Assembly (NCBI GenBank): GCA_919902775.1
Contig: CAKKRJ010000012.1
Span: forward strand, 81,728 to 145,727
DNA from: Burkholderiaceae bacterium
Lineage (GTDB): Bacteria; Pseudomonadota; Gammaproteobacteria; Burkholderiales; Burkholderiaceae_C
Direction of reading: 5' to 3'
DNA: 64,000 nt
Numbering within the stretch: the stretch's first letter is position 1; the number at the start of each line of letters is the position of its first letter. Below the pieces are notes generated by a model that was not told the DNA's origin, ran no database searches, and saw nothing but the letters and a program-made list of their open reading frames with translations. Shown here in pieces: positions 63,721 through 64,000 of this stretch. Made by a program: the position numbers and the translations under genes.

Positions 63721-64000
63721 TCAGCTCCGGATTTTGTAGCCGGTGCGCAAAAGGTGAAGGGTCAGACTGCTGATGAGCAGCAAAGCGGTGCCCACCACCG
63801 CCAGACTGATCCAGGGGGACACATCGCTTTGGCCAAAAAAGCCGTAACGGAACCCATCAATCATGTAGAAAAACGGGTTCAAGTGACTGAGCTTTTGCCA
63901 AAAGACGGGCAACGAATGGATGGAATAAAACACGCCCGACAAAAATGTCATGGGCATGATGATGAAGTTCTGGAAGGCAGCCATCTGGTCGAATTTTTCG
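63721..64000 (-). CDS. ABC-2 permease (YadH-like), 5' end outside window
   Basis: PMTFLSGVFYSI, NPFFYMIDGFRYGF. Confidence 0.88.
   Translation of the reverse strand, partial: EKFDQMAAFQNFIIMPMTFLSGVFYSIHSLPVFWQKLSHLNPFFYMIDGFRYGFFGQSDVSPWISLAVVGTALLLISSLTLHLLRTGYKIRS

Overview
GC-rich betaproteobacterial chromosome segment; gene order and content resemble Comamonadaceae (Limnohabitans-like, inference). Core blocks are an SCP2-thiolase/MaoC/SDR acyl-CoA cluster, CoA-transferase and Bug, Tat-exported cyanophycinase, an ArsR-RND-DUF2892-TolC-sqr-rhodanese-AhpD sulfur cluster, Fe3+ ABC genes, pilBCD-coaE-zapD-yacG, mutT-argJ-secA-dciA, sspAB, petABC, mscL, pdxA, degQ, tatABC, the his operon, murA and bolA. 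There are two accessory regions. (1) 2.6-6.6 kb is an insertion hotspot with a duplicated SDR 3' end, an intact IS3 element with 4-bp target duplication, and three stacked toxin-antitoxin remnants whose toxins are reduced to C-terminal stubs. (2) 32.7-43.3 kb is a ~10.6 kb capsid-less, satellite-like island at the 3' end of tRNA-Thr(TGT). It encodes a large serine recombinase/DUF2924 module and an AlpA-DUF3987 replication module bracketed by two inverted iteron arrays of identical geometry. Its cargo operon is led by a CARF-like/sigma54-AAA+ protein whose DNA-binding end is replaced by an unrelated domain (candidate defence system or deletion scar). All assignments come from motif recognition by eye; no database searches were run.
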